Sequence record: DRR378314_1023
Reading direction: 5' to 3' (one strand)
DNA: 32,508 nucleotides
The notes beneath the pieces are model-generated. The model was given only the letters and a program-made list of their open reading frames with translations, had not been told where the DNA came from and did not search any database. This document shows positions 1 through 11,186 of the stretch, piece after piece (within the stretch, counting starts at the first letter, position 1; each line of letters opens with the position of its first letter). A program made the position numbers and the translations under genes.

Positions 1-4
1 AATA

Positions 5-37
5 AAAAGCGCCCAGGTCTTTGACCTGGGCGCTTTT
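5..37 (-). terminator. Rho-independent terminator after rpsI (possibly bidirectional)
   Basis: Perfect inverted repeat AAAAGCGCCCAGGTC-ttt-GACCTGGGCGCTTTT; on the minus strand the GC stem is followed by TTTTTATT; 16 nt past the rpsI stop. Confidence 0.9.
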
Positions 38-53
38 GCCGCATAGCGTAAAA

Positions 54-443
54 TTAACGCTTAGAGAACTGCGGACGACGACGTGCTTTACGCAGACCGA
101 CTTTCTTACGCTCGACCTGACGAGCATCGCGGGTTACATAACCAGCGGCGCGCAATGTCGGACGCAGATCTTCATTGTAGTTCATCAGGGCGCGAGTGAT
201 ACCGTGACGAATGGCACCTGCTTGAGAGGAGCCGCCGCCGCCAGCAACAGTGACGAATATGTCAAACTGATTCAGCGTTTCAGTCAACTCAAGCGGCTGA
301 CGAACAACCATACGACCAGTTACGCGACCAAAATACAGGTCAAGATCTTTATCGTTGACAGTAATTTTGCCAGAGCCCGGCTTCATAAACACGCGAGCGG
401 TGGAAGTCTTGCGGCGCCCGGTACCGTAATACTGCTGTGTCAT
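54..443 (-). CDS. rpsI: 30S ribosomal protein S9
   Basis: [11 protein letters not shown]-terminus, [14 protein letters not shown]-terminal [19 protein letters not shown]; follows rplM. Confidence 0.99.
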   Translation of the reverse strand: MTQQYYGTGRRKTSTARVFMKPGSGKITVNDKDLDLYFGRVTGRMVVRQPLELTETLNQFDIFVTVAGGGGSSQAGAIRHGITRALMNYNEDLRPTLRAAGYVTRDARQVERKKVGLRKARRRPQFSKR

Positions 444-456
444 GGCGAAGATTTCC

Positions 457-885
457 TCAGATGTTCAGTTCAAGCGGCTGTTGGGCAGCATGCGGATGCT
501 CGGCACCGGCGTACACTTTTAATTTTGAGTACATGGCGCGACCCAAAGGACCTTTCGGCAACATACCTTTAACGGCAGACTCAATAATGCGCTCAGGGGC
601 ATGATCAAGCATTTTGTCGAATGTCATAGAGCGCAGACCGCCCGGGTAACCAGTGTGGCGGTAGTAGGTTTTAGCCTTCGCCTTGTTGCCGGTTACATGG
701 ACTTTTTCAGCGTTGATAACAACAATGTAATCGCCAGTATCAACGTGAGGAGTAAATTCGGGCTTATGCTTGCCACGCAGGCGGCGAGCAATCTCGGTTG
801 CCAGACGACCGAGCGTTTTGTCCGTAGCGTCGACTACGTACCAGTCGCGCTGGACGGACTGCGGCTTAGCACTGAACGTCTTCAT
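457..885 (-). CDS. rplM: 50S ribosomal protein L13
   Basis: MKTFSAKP...[28 protein letters not shown]; start moved to the ATG at 885 (canonical MKTF). Confidence 0.99.
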   Translation of the reverse strand: MKTFSAKPQSVQRDWYVVDATDKTLGRLATEIARRLRGKHKPEFTPHVDTGDYIVVINAEKVHVTGNKAKAKTYYRHTGYPGGLRSMTFDKMLDHAPERIIESAVKGMLPKGPLGRAMYSKLKVYAGAEHPHAAQQPLELNI

Positions 886-1001
886 GGATAAAATCACCAG
901 ATTAAGTGTGTTGGGTAGCTTACACCGCTACGTAAGCGATGAAGCACCATCCCTATTTTTTTTGGTTGCCAGAAAAAACCAGCAACATGCAGCGAGGCGG
1001 C

Positions 1002-1030
1002 ATTCTACAGCAAGTATCACCGCAAGTTAA
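1002..1030 (-). promoter_or_regulatory. Putative sigma70 promoter of rplM-rpsI with a GC-rich discriminator
   Basis: Minus strand TTAACT-N17-TAGAAT followed by GCCGCCTCGC; AT-rich tract upstream (1041-1078). Confidence 0.6.
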
Positions 1031-1109
1031 GTACCGCCACTCTTTTTTATTGATATCGCTCTTATTGATATTATTCTTGCTTGCAGCGTATTTATCGGCG
1101 CACCCGATA

Positions 1110-2291
1110 CTAGGGCTTATGGGGTAACGCTAAATACTCTTTAGACTGCATTTCCTGCAGACGCGACAGCGTCCGCTGAAATTCAAAGGTCAGCTTGCCA
1201 TCGCGATACAGCGCTTCAATTGGCACCTCTGCCGACATCAACAGCTTAACCCCGCGATCATAAAACTCGTCAACCATATTAATAAAGCGGCGAGCTTGAT
1301 CGTCTGTCTTGACATTCATCTGGGTGACGTTAGATACCAAAACCGTATGAAATTCTCTGGCAAGCTCAATGTAATCATTCTGGCTACGCGGCCCATCACA
1401 GAGTTCGACAAACTCAAACCATGCTACATCGTCGTGGAGTCGACGCGTCTTTAAAACGCGATGATTAATCTCAAGAGGCGCCCCCTCCTCACCTTCATGA
1501 CCGGCTATTTCTCTGAAGCTTCTGCTTAGCTCCTGCTCGGCCGCTTTATCAAGCGGTGCATGAAAAATCTCAGCCCGCTCTAAGGCACGCAAACGGTAGT
1601 CAACACCAGAATCGACGTTAACGACCTCGCAGTGACGATTCACTAGCTCAATGGCGGGAACAAACCGTGCGCGCTGCAACCCATCTTTGTAAAGGTCGTT
1701 CGGCACTATATTTGATGTCGCCACCAACACCACACCACGCTCAAACAGTGCCTCAAGCAAATTTGCCAAGATCATTGCATCGGTAATGTCTTTGACAAAA
1801 AACTCATCAAAGCAGATGACGCGTGCCTCAGCAGCGAACTTGCCAGCAATCAGCGTCAATGGGTTCTTCTCGCCCTTATAGTGAGTCAACTCATTGTGGA
1901 CACGCTGCATAAAACGATGAAAATGGGTGCGCATTTTTTCAGGGAACGGCAGCGCCTCGTAGAAAGTATCGACTAGATACGTTTTCCCACGCCCCACGCC
2001 TCCCCAAAAGTAGAGCCCCTTAACATCAGGCAGCACTGGCTCGCCGACACTGGCCTTTTTACCCAGCAACCCGGCAACTTTTGCCTTTAACCCTTTGTTA
2101 GCAACGACGGCTTTAGGAGCACTAGCGGGCCTGGCTAGCAGCTCATCATAAAGGCGCTGAAGATGCTTAACCGCCTGCTCTTGAGCAGGGTCGTACTGAA
2201 AATCGTCACGCTTTAAGTCTTCCTGATACCGCGCAAAAGGCGTTAATCGGCTCGCCTGCTCGCTGTCTTGACGTGCAGATAATGATGACAT
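1110..2291 (-). CDS. zapE: Cell division ATPase ZapE (AFG1 family)
   Basis: GLYFWGGVGRGKT Walker A, ICFDEFFV Walker B, HFHRFM, FQRTLSRLQEMQS; start moved to ATG 2291 with upstream GGGAG. Confidence 0.93.
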   Translation of the reverse strand: MSSLSARQDSEQASRLTPFARYQEDLKRDDFQYDPAQEQAVKHLQRLYDELLARPASAPKAVVANKGLKAKVAGLLGKKASVGEPVLPDVKGLYFWGGVGRGKTYLVDTFYEALPFPEKMRTHFHRFMQRVHNELTHYKGEKNPLTLIAGKFAAEARVICFDEFFVKDITDAMILANLLEALFERGVVLVATSNIVPNDLYKDGLQRARFVPAIELVNRHCEVVNVDSGVDYRLRALERAEIFHAPLDKAAEQELSRSFREIAGHEGEEGAPLEINHRVLKTRRLHDDVAWFEFVELCDGPRSQNDYIELAREFHTVLVSNVTQMNVKTDDQARRFINMVDEFYDRGVKLLMSAEVPIEALYRDGKLTFEFQRTLSRLQEMQSKEYLALPHKP

Positions 2292-2405
2292 CAACTCGCT
2301 CCCACAGCACACATCGTGAACGGAACTGTGACGTTGTAAGAACACAGCCTGCCCAAATAAAAAAACAATATTATACGCTGCATAATAACTGAGCGCATGA
2401 GCGGA

Positions 2406-2436
2406 TTGACCCAACCGACGGATACGCGCCTATAAT
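2406..2436 (+). promoter_or_regulatory. Putative sigma70 promoter for zapG
   Basis: TTGACC-N19-TATAAT; near-consensus hexamers but a long spacer. Confidence 0.4.
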
Positions 2437-2511
2437 GGTCACGCTTTGTTAAACTATTTGCCAAACCCCGCCATGCGCTTGGTGGCGTGCATCATCTCTA
2501 GGGAGAATACT

Positions 2512-2958
2512 GTGGAAGCAAGCTCGCCATTCACTTTTGCGATTATCGGTCTCGTTATTGGATTTGTTATCGGCTTGGCGTGTTATCGCCTGTTCAGCAA
2601 AAGCCAACGTGACCACGCCACACTAAAGCAGGCTTTGCTTGAGCGTGAACATCAAATAGCCGAGCTTAAGAAAGGCATGGGAAGCCACCTCACTGGCATC
2701 CAGCAACACATCATTAATATTCGCCAGGAAGCTGATCGGCTAGAACAGCAAATAGACAGTGAAGCCGCTGAATGGAAACTGGAAACGGCCATAACACCTT
2801 CCACAAACAAGCTCGCGCCTAGCACAGAGGACGAAGGTGATGTTAACACTCCGCGTGATTATGCAGATGGCAAAAGCGGTACGTTATCCGAAGACTTTGG
2901 CCTAAAAGGCAGCTTGAAAGAACATGATGAGCCTGCCCCGCAACCCCCTCGTTATTAA
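2512..2958 (+). CDS. zapG: YhcB/ZapG family (DUF1043) membrane-anchored protein
   Basis: N-terminal TM helix, coiled coil, PRDYA..SGTLSEDFGL motif; divergent from zapE; GTG start with GGGAG RBS. Confidence 0.85.
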   Translation: MEASSPFTFAIIGLVIGFVIGLACYRLFSKSQRDHATLKQALLEREHQIAELKKGMGSHLTGIQQHIINIRQEADRLEQQIDSEAAEWKLETAITPSTNKLAPSTEDEGDVNTPRDYADGKSGTLSEDFGLKGSLKEHDEPAPQPPRY

Positions 2959-2975
2959 TAACTAACAAGATCAAA

Positions 2976-3004
2976 GCATCCGCATAGCAAACCGCTGCGG
3001 ATGC
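2976..3004. terminator. Hairpin between convergent zapG and the Nif3-like gene
   Basis: GCATCCGCA...TGCGGATGC 9-bp stem; short T-run follows on the minus strand. Confidence 0.55.
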
Positions 3005-3020
3005 CTTGTACAAGTTAGCG

Positions 3021-3782
3021 CTAGGCGGGATTGTCGATATCGACAAATCGATGCTCTACATCATACTCACTCGCCAACCACTCACCCAGCGCCTGAACAC
3101 CAAAACGCTCAGTAGCATGATGACCAGCAGCAATGTAATGAATACCCATCTCTCTAGCCAAGTGCGTCGTGCGCTCTGATATTTCCCCAGACACGAAAAC
3201 TTGCGCCCCTGCATCGAAAGCCGCCGTAATCATGTCTTGAGCACCTCCAGTGCACCATGCGATCCGCTCCACAGAGCCAACTAAAGGCGACTCGACCACT
3301 AAAGGCGCTCGATGGAGCACGGCAGCCAATTGACTGCCCAGTTCCGCAACGCTTAGCGGCTCAGCTAATCGGCCGGACCACAACAACCCTTCGCCAAGCT
3401 CACCATCAATGCATCCCTCGACCTTCCACCCCAGACGCTTGGCCAGCTCGGCATTATTGCCAAACGCGGCATGCGCATCTAACGGCAAGTGGTAAGCCAG
3501 CAAGCTCATTTCGTTATCCAGCAGCGTTTTAATTCGCTTCTGCTTCATGCCGGTAATGGCCACCGGTTCATTCTTCCAGAAATAACCATGGTGCACTAAC
3601 ACCATGTCCGCTCGCCAAGCGACCGCCTCCTCCAATAACGCCTGACATGCCGTCACCCCTGACATCACCCGCGTTACAGTGTCACGCCCCTCCACCTGAA
3701 GGCCATTAACGGTAAAATCTTTAAATTGCGATGAGCGCAATTGATGGTCGCAAGCAGCAACTAGTTGGTCGCGATGGATCAC
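3021..3782 (-). CDS. Nif3-like dinuclear metal-centre protein (YbgI/DUF34)
   Basis: NGLQVEG, LVHHGYFW, YHLPLDAH..GNN, AAGHHATE motifs; GTG start with AAGGAG RBS. Confidence 0.92.
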   Translation of the reverse strand: MIHRDQLVAACDHQLRSSQFKDFTVNGLQVEGRDTVTRVMSGVTACQALLEEAVAWRADMVLVHHGYFWKNEPVAITGMKQKRIKTLLDNEMSLLAYHLPLDAHAAFGNNAELAKRLGWKVEGCIDGELGEGLLWSGRLAEPLSVAELGSQLAAVLHRAPLVVESPLVGSVERIAWCTGGAQDMITAAFDAGAQVFVSGEISERTTHLAREMGIHYIAAGHHATERFGVQALGEWLASEYDVEHRFVDIDNPA

Positions 3783-3920
3783 ACTGACTCCTTAACCGAT
3801 TAACAAGCTATCGTGAGGAACATCTCAATAAAGTGTTACGATGGAACTATTGTAAATCTCGCTTCGCGTTATCGCGAACCTCGCGACCATTTAGACTATC
3901 ACCCGCTGAGGAAATTTCGC

Positions 3921-5165
3921 ATGCACCGCTCTGTGCTGCCCTATATATGGCCAATTATCACCGGGCTATTGCTCGCCGCCTTGGTGCTACTTGCTTTCCC
4001 AGAGTATTTGCCCAATCCGTTTCGGCAAACGCCACCCGCAACGGTCGAACCCCCTTCTTCGCTGGTGCCTACTAGCGGAGAGTCGGCAGCCAGTCGACCT
4101 GCCCCTGAGATTCGCCAAGCAGAACCGCTCAACCGCAACCAAGGGCCTGCAAGCTACTCCAATGCTGTTAACCAAGCGGCGCCAGCCGTCGTTAATATCT
4201 ATTCATCACGCATTGTTGAACGCGATCAGCACCCATTGATGTCCGATCCTTTTTTTCAGCAGTTCTTCAGCGGCGACGATGCAACCACTCAGCAGCGAAT
4301 GCTGTCGAGCCTGGGCTCTGGCGTTATCGTCAGCCATGACGGCTACGTGCTAACCAATCATCATGTCATTAATGGCGCCGATCAAATACAGGTAGCACTT
4401 CGCGATGGTCGGGAAACACTTGCCGAGGTAATTGGCACTGACCCAGAAAGCGACCTTGCCGTTTTACGCATCACCCTTGATGACTTGCCAGTAATTGAGC
4501 TTGCCGATTCAGAACAGGTAGCCGTAGGCGATGTAGCACTTGCTATTGGCAATCCTTTCGGCGTGGGGCAAACCGTTACCATGGGCATTATCAGCGCGAC
4601 GGGGCGCAGCCACTTAGGTTTAAATGCCTACGAGGACTTTATTCAAACAGACGCAGCGATAAATCCAGGCAATTCCGGGGGCGCATTAGTCAATCCTGAC
4701 GGCGCTTTAGTGGGCATTAATACGGCTATTTTCTCACGGTCAGGGGGATCACAAGGGATTGGTTTCGCGATTCCAGCTAACCTTGCTCACAGCATCTTGA
4801 ATGAACTGGTTACCCGCGGTCGCGTCATACGCGGCTGGCTAGGCATAGAGGCACAAGCACTCTCCCGCGAGCTGGCCGCATCGTTTGGGTTAAGAACCCC
4901 TCAAGGCGTGATCGTCGCTGGCGTTGTGAAAGACGGACCTGCCGCTAAAGCAGGCTTACAGCCCGGTGATGTTCTGCTGTCTATTGACGGCCAAGTGATT
5001 TTGGATGCTCGGGTAACAATGAGCGCGATTGCTTCCATTCCACCCGGCACAAAACTACCGCTGACGATCGTACGAAGCGGTGAGCGTATGGACATGACAC
5101 TGGAAGTAGGTGAACGGCCGGTACCCATTAATGCTACGTCAGGAGAGCATCAGAGCGACTCGTAA
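3921..5165 (+). CDS. degS: HtrA-family serine protease with N-terminal TM and one PDZ domain (DegS/AlgW type)
   Basis: TNHHV (His), ESDLAV (Asp), QTDAAINPGNSGG (Ser), RGWLGI PDZ; start moved to ATG 3921 with GAGG RBS. Confidence 0.85.
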   Translation: MHRSVLPYIWPIITGLLLAALVLLAFPEYLPNPFRQTPPATVEPPSSLVPTSGESAASRPAPEIRQAEPLNRNQGPASYSNAVNQAAPAVVNIYSSRIVERDQHPLMSDPFFQQFFSGDDATTQQRMLSSLGSGVIVSHDGYVLTNHHVINGADQIQVALRDGRETLAEVIGTDPESDLAVLRITLDDLPVIELADSEQVAVGDVALAIGNPFGVGQTVTMGIISATGRSHLGLNAYEDFIQTDAAINPGNSGGALVNPDGALVGINTAIFSRSGGSQGIGFAIPANLAHSILNELVTRGRVIRGWLGIEAQALSRELAASFGLRTPQGVIVAGVVKDGPAAKAGLQPGDVLLSIDGQVILDARVTMSAIASIPPGTKLPLTIVRSGERMDMTLEVGERPVPINATSGEHQSDS

Positions 5166-5177
5166 GTCGCTCTGATG
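5148..5177. terminator. 13-bp hairpin over the degS stop, between convergent degS and hisD
   Basis: CATCAGAGCGACT-cgta-AGTCGCTCTGATG perfect inverted repeat; weak U tails. Confidence 0.6.
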
Positions 5178-5218
5178 GTTATCGGCGCTTGTTCAGACGG
5201 CGCCTTCTCAGGCAATGC

Positions 5219-6535
5219 TCAATCGTTAATACGATACTCCGCCGAACGAGCATGGGCCGTCAGCGATTCGCCCCGGGCAAGTACAGAGGCTATTTTACCA
5301 AGCTCAGACGCACCACTAGGCGAGCAGTGAATAATGGAGGAGCGTTTCTGGAAATCATAAACCCCCAGTGGCGATGAAAAACGGGCGGTTCCAGACGTGG
5401 GCAGCACATGATTCGGCCCTGCACAATAGTCACCCAGAGCTTCCGACGTATGCCGCCCCATGAAGATAGCTCCAGCGTGACGCACGTCATCAAGCCAGTC
5501 GCCGGGCGCCTCGACAGAAAGCTCAAGGTGCTCCGGCGCAATACGGTTGATCAACTCAATGGCTTCGGCTTGATCTTGACATAGGATTAATGCCCCACGG
5601 CGCTGCAGCGAAGCACGGGCAATATCTTCCCGCTCAAGTGTCGGCAATAATCGCTCTATTGAAGCCTCAACGGCATCCAGATGATCAGCATTCCAACTAA
5701 CAAAAATCGCTTGGGCATCCTCGTCGTGCTCAGCCTGAGAGAACAAGTCCATTGCTAACCAATCCGGATCTGTCTGACCGTCAGACACCACCATGATTTC
5801 AGAGGGGCCAGCAATCATATCAATACCAACTTGACCAAATACCGCGCGCTTAGCAGTCGCTACGTAGATATTTCCAGGCCCTACGATTTTATCTACCCGC
5901 GGAACGCTTTCAGTGCCATAAGCAAGCGCCGCGACCGCCTGTGCGCCACCAATCGTGAACACATAGTCGACGCCCGCCAAATGCGCAGCCGCCAGCACAA
6001 GATCATTCAGCACGCCGCCCGGAGTCGGCACAACCATCACAATCTCACGCACACCAGCCACATGGGCAGGGATAGCATTCATCAATACCGATGAAGGATA
6101 AGCGGCTTTCCCGCCTGGCACATAAATACCTGCGCGGTCCAGCGGGGTGACCTTTTGGCCAAGCACTGTTCCATCAGCCTCTTCGTACTGCCACGAGCTT
6201 GGCTTCTGGCGCTCATGATAACGCTTAATACGCTCAGCAGCGGCTGACAGCGCATTGCGCTGCTCAGCAGGCAGACCGTCAAAGGCCTTTTTCAGTTGCT
6301 CAGGAGATAGGCGTAGCTGCTCCATACTCTCGACTGACAGGCGGTCAAAGCGATTTGTCGCCTCAACCACCGCACTATCACCTCGCCGTTTAACATCTGC
6401 CAATATCTCTTCAACACGAGCCTGTACTGCCTTATCAGACACCCCTTCCCAATCCAGCAGCGCGTCTAAATGCTGATGGAATGCCCCATCAACAGTCGAG
6501 AGACGGACAATGGTGGCTGTGGACTTATCGCTCAT
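5219..6535 (-). CDS. hisD: Histidinol dehydrogenase
   Basis: [57 protein letters not shown]; start at ATG 6535 with GAGG RBS. Confidence 0.97.
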   Translation of the reverse strand: MSDKSTATIVRLSTVDGAFHQHLDALLDWEGVSDKAVQARVEEILADVKRRGDSAVVEATNRFDRLSVESMEQLRLSPEQLKKAFDGLPAEQRNALSAAAERIKRYHERQKPSSWQYEEADGTVLGQKVTPLDRAGIYVPGGKAAYPSSVLMNAIPAHVAGVREIVMVVPTPGGVLNDLVLAAAHLAGVDYVFTIGGAQAVAALAYGTESVPRVDKIVGPGNIYVATAKRAVFGQVGIDMIAGPSEIMVVSDGQTDPDWLAMDLFSQAEHDEDAQAIFVSWNADHLDAVEASIERLLPTLEREDIARASLQRRGALILCQDQAEAIELINRIAPEHLELSVEAPGDWLDDVRHAGAIFMGRHTSEALGDYCAGPNHVLPTSGTARFSSPLGVYDFQKRSSIIHCSPSGASELGKIASVLARGESLTAHARSAEYRIND

Positions 6536-6548
6536 GGTAAACCTCGTG

Positions 6549-7202
6549 TCATTCAATAGGCTGAGTCTGACGCTTTTTAACCGCACTTTCCAGGCGGGCT
6601 AACAATGGCTTAATACGATCATGCTTCATGGTCATGGCGGCTTTATTAACCACCAGGCGGGTACTGATATGGGCAATGAGCTCACGAGGCTCCATGCCAT
6701 TGGCGCGTAGCGTATTGCCGGTATCCACGATATCAACAATTTCATCGGCCAAATTCATCAGCGGAGCAAGTTCCATCGCCCCATAGAGCTTAATCACTTC
6801 GGCTTGAATACCCTGCTCCGCATAGTAACGCCTCGCTACGTTTACAAACTTAGTAGCTACACGACGACGCGCTTCAGCTGGCAACTGACCCGTCACACCA
6901 GCAGTCATCAGCTTGCAACGAGCGATATCCAGATCTAGGGGCTCGTATAGACCTTCAGCCCCATGCTCAAGCAGAACGTCTTTACCCGCAATGCCCACAT
7001 CTGCGGCACCCAGCTGCACATAGGTCGGCACATCGGTTGCCCGTATAATCACCAACTTTACATCTGGCAAATTAGTATCAAACAGCAGTTTACGGCTTTT
7101 ACCCAAATCTTCTGCCGGGGTAATTCCCGCATCTGCCAACAGCGGCAGCGTTTCGTCCAGAATACGCCCTTTTGAAAGGGCCAAAATCAGTTGCTTACTC
7201 AT
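6549..7202 (-). CDS. hisG: ATP phosphoribosyltransferase, short form
   Basis: [44 protein letters not shown]; 217 aa with no C-terminal regulatory domain. Confidence 0.96.
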   Translation of the reverse strand: MSKQLILALSKGRILDETLPLLADAGITPAEDLGKSRKLLFDTNLPDVKLVIIRATDVPTYVQLGAADVGIAGKDVLLEHGAEGLYEPLDLDIARCKLMTAGVTGQLPAEARRRVATKFVNVARRYYAEQGIQAEVIKLYGAMELAPLMNLADEIVDIVDTGNTLRANGMEPRELIAHISTRLVVNKAAMTMKHDRIKPLLARLESAVKKRQTQPIE

Positions 7203-7230
7203 TGTTTAGGCCAATGGTTAATAACATGGC

Positions 7231-8755
<1,525 letters not shown>

Positions 8756-8877
8756 AAGACAGGAAACTCCTTTGGGTCATTAAACTAGGTGGTTGAAATA
8801 GGGGGTCGTTGAATTAGAGAGGAACAGGGGGAACATGATAAAGAAAAGCGGCACGCTTGGCGATGCCAGACGAACAC

Positions 8878-9210
8878 TCACGCTTCAGCGTTGGGCGAAC
8901 CTATTAGCGCATCGAGCTCAGCGAGCGACGTTAAACGCTCAAGCGGAGCAGACAATGCAATCGAGGTAACGACAATGCCTAGCGAGTGACACGCACGCAG
9001 CCATTCAAACAGAACGCTAATCGCCGCGCTACTCGCCTTTGAAACGCCTGAAAAATCGAGGACAACATCCGTTAATCGAGCACTTTCAAGCCATTTAACG
9101 CCTGCAGCGGCCACTTCGGCCGCTGCATTGACATTGAGATCACCCTGAACCGCCAACGCGCAAGACTGCGCAATCAGCGAAACATAGGGCGTAGATAACA
9201 GCGTCGTCAC
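8878..9210 (-). CDS. mlaB: STAS-domain protein MlaB
   Basis: VVLDFSGVSKASSAAISVLFEW STAS signature; GTGA overlap with the mlaC stop. Confidence 0.82.
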   Translation of the reverse strand: MTTLLSTPYVSLIAQSCALAVQGDLNVNAAAEVAAAGVKWLESARLTDVVLDFSGVSKASSAAISVLFEWLRACHSLGIVVTSIALSAPLERLTSLAELDALIGSPNAEA

Positions 9211-9866
9211 GCGTTGCCCCCTTGCTCAAGCTCGTCGACACCAATTTCGGGTGACCAGCTACGAATGACGGCATCGTAGTCTCGATTATGTTCGCGCATC
9301 GACTGGTCAAACTGATTACGGAAGGTCAGCCCTAAATTGATGCCATTAACAATCACATTGACTACTTTCCACTCACCATCTGAAAGTCGCAGACTGTAAC
9401 TAACGGGGTAAACCTGACCATTAGTGGCAACAACTTCCATATCAACACTGGCTTGATCTTCATAGCGCTGGCCGCGCTGGTCGGTCAACACTCTCAACTC
9501 ATCGTAATCAAAGGTCACGAGGCCTCGCGTGTACGTGTCGATCAGAGTTTGACGAAAGACATCGGCGAACCGACTACGCTGTTCTGGCGTTGCATTGCGA
9601 AAGTAGCTGCCCATCACGCTAGCGCCAATATAACGAAAATCCGCCACACCATTCAGACTATCGTTGACTAACGCTTTAAGTTCATCAAGATTATTGGCGT
9701 AATAATCTTCTTTACCGTTAATCTGCTCCATGAACTCATTGACATTGTCACGAACCAACGCTTCTGGCGATTTCGACTGAGCCTGGGCAGCAAAAGGCAG
9801 CAGAACAACCGCCAGCATTAACAAACAGAGCCAACGACGGGCCAACATTACGCTATTATCTTTCAT
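9207..9866 (-). CDS. mlaC: Periplasmic phospholipid-binding protein MlaC (Ttg2D)
   Basis: Signal peptide ending AQA, ATPEQRSRF, WKVVNVIVNGINLGLTFRNQF; ATG 9866 with GAGGTG RBS. Confidence 0.9.
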   Translation of the reverse strand: MKDNSVMLARRWLCLLMLAVVLLPFAAQAQSKSPEALVRDNVNEFMEQINGKEDYYANNLDELKALVNDSLNGVADFRYIGASVMGSYFRNATPEQRSRFADVFRQTLIDTYTRGLVTFDYDELRVLTDQRGQRYEDQASVDMEVVATNGQVYPVSYSLRLSDGEWKVVNVIVNGINLGLTFRNQFDQSMREHNRDYDAVIRSWSPEIGVDELEQGGNA

Positions 9867-9904
9867 TAAAGTCACCTCATGACAACTGACAGCACCCACG
9901 CTGC

Positions 9905-10369
9905 TTAGTTAGTAACCATATTGGATACAAATTGCTGGATAAGTTCTTCGAGCACCAAGGCAGACTGGGTGTCTCGAATAACATCCCCCTCTTCAAGCAC
10001 TTCAGGAGCGCCGCCAACGCTCAGGCCAATATACTGCTCACCGAGCAGCCCAGCCGTCAAAATAGCCGCAGTAGTATCTTGCGAAAGCTGACCTTCAAGG
10101 TCGCTATCGAGGCTCAACACCACCCGCGCATCATACCACTCGGTATCAAGCTCAATGGCCTCTACCCGCCCCACAGTAACACCGGCCATGGTGACTCGCG
10201 CACGTGGTTTCAGGCTGCCAATATTGGAAAAACTGGCCTCAAGACGAAACGTGTCGGACGATGTTGAAAGCGTCATACCGCTTACGCGCAAGCCCAAAAA
10301 AACAAGCCCCAGAATGCCCGCAAGCATAAACAGACCAACGCCAAACTCCATGGTTTTACTGCGCTTCAT
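9905..10369 (-). CDS. mlaD: MCE protein MlaD
   Basis: EFGVGLF TM, FSNIGSLK, ILTAGLLGEQYI, TQSALVLEELI; ATG 10369 with GGAG RBS. Confidence 0.95.
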   Translation of the reverse strand: MKRSKTMEFGVGLFMLAGILGLVFLGLRVSGMTLSTSSDTFRLEASFSNIGSLKPRARVTMAGVTVGRVEAIELDTEWYDARVVLSLDSDLEGQLSQDTTAAILTAGLLGEQYIGLSVGGAPEVLEEGDVIRDTQSALVLEELIQQFVSNMVTN

Positions 10370-10385
10370 GTTATTGCTCCACCCA

Positions 10386-11186
10386 TTAAAGGCCGCCAAA
10401 CATCACGGCGGTCAATACAAAATCCAGCCCCAAAACAGCAAGCGATGAATACACCACCGTGCGTGTTGTCGCACGTGAAATACCTTCAGAGGTAGGCACC
10501 AAGTCATACCCTTGGAACACCGCAATCCAGGTAACAACCACTGCAAACACCAGGCTCTTGATGATTCCATTACCAATATCATCAATAAACGAAACGCTAG
10601 CCTGCATATTGCTCCAGTAGGAACCTTCAAATACTCCCAGCCATTCCACACCAACCAGATAGCCCCCCCAAATCCCCACCACGCTAAAGCCAACGGTCAG
10701 AATGGGAAGCGCAATAAAACCTGCCCACAGCCTTGGCGCCACAACCCGGCGCAGTGGATCAACGCCAATCATTTCCATGCTGGTTAACTGCTCAGTCGCC
10801 TTCATAAGGCCAATTTCCGCCGTTAACGCAGAGCCCGCGCGCCCGGCAAACAATAACGCAGCGACCACCGGCGCCAGCTCTCGGAGAAGTGAAAGAGCAA
10901 CCATCTGGCCGAGCGCCTGCTCTGCCCCAAAATCAACCAAAATGGTGTACCCCTGCAGCGCAAGCACCATGCCTATAAACAGCCCTGACACCAGCACAAT
11001 AGCCAGAGACAGTACACCGACAAAGTGTACTTGGCGTAGCCACAGCGACCACCCTTCCCGAGAAGGCACCCCTACAGCCGACTGGGCAAGAAAGACACCT
11101 GCGCGCCCTAACGACTCTAAGGCATCACATCCTTTTTGCCCCAGCCGAGCAACATGCGAAATAGCATGTTTAATATTTGATTGCAT
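10386..11186 (-). CDS. mlaE: ABC permease MlaE
   Basis: [40 protein letters not shown]. Confidence 0.96.
   Translation of the reverse strand: MQSNIKHAISHVARLGQKGCDALESLGRAGVFLAQSAVGVPSREGWSLWLRQVHFVGVLSLAIVLVSGLFIGMVLALQGYTILVDFGAEQALGQMVALSLLRELAPVVAALLFAGRAGSALTAEIGLMKATEQLTSMEMIGVDPLRRVVAPRLWAGFIALPILTVGFSVVGIWGGYLVGVEWLGVFEGSYWSNMQASVSFIDDIGNGIIKSLVFAVVVTWIAVFQGYDLVPTSEGISRATTRTVVYSSLAVLGLDFVLTAVMFGGL

Noticed and set aside
21..891. Plus-strand ORFs 21..572 and 601..891
   Set aside because: Antisense shadows of codon-biased rpsI and rplM, with no recognisable motifs
939..1127. 62-aa plus-strand ORF with a hydrophobic C-terminal stretch (possible small membrane protein)
   Set aside because: No RBS, antisense to the rplM promoter and leader, and the hydrophobicity is explained by the T-rich promoter tract. 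It would need Ribo-seq support.
2292..2511. N-terminal extensions of zapE and zapG in the ORF track (likewise degS, hisD, murA, mlaF, ptsN, pmbA, tldD, mreD, gatC)
   Set aside because: They run through promoters or neighbouring genes; downstream starts have RBSs or coupling overlaps and match family N-termini
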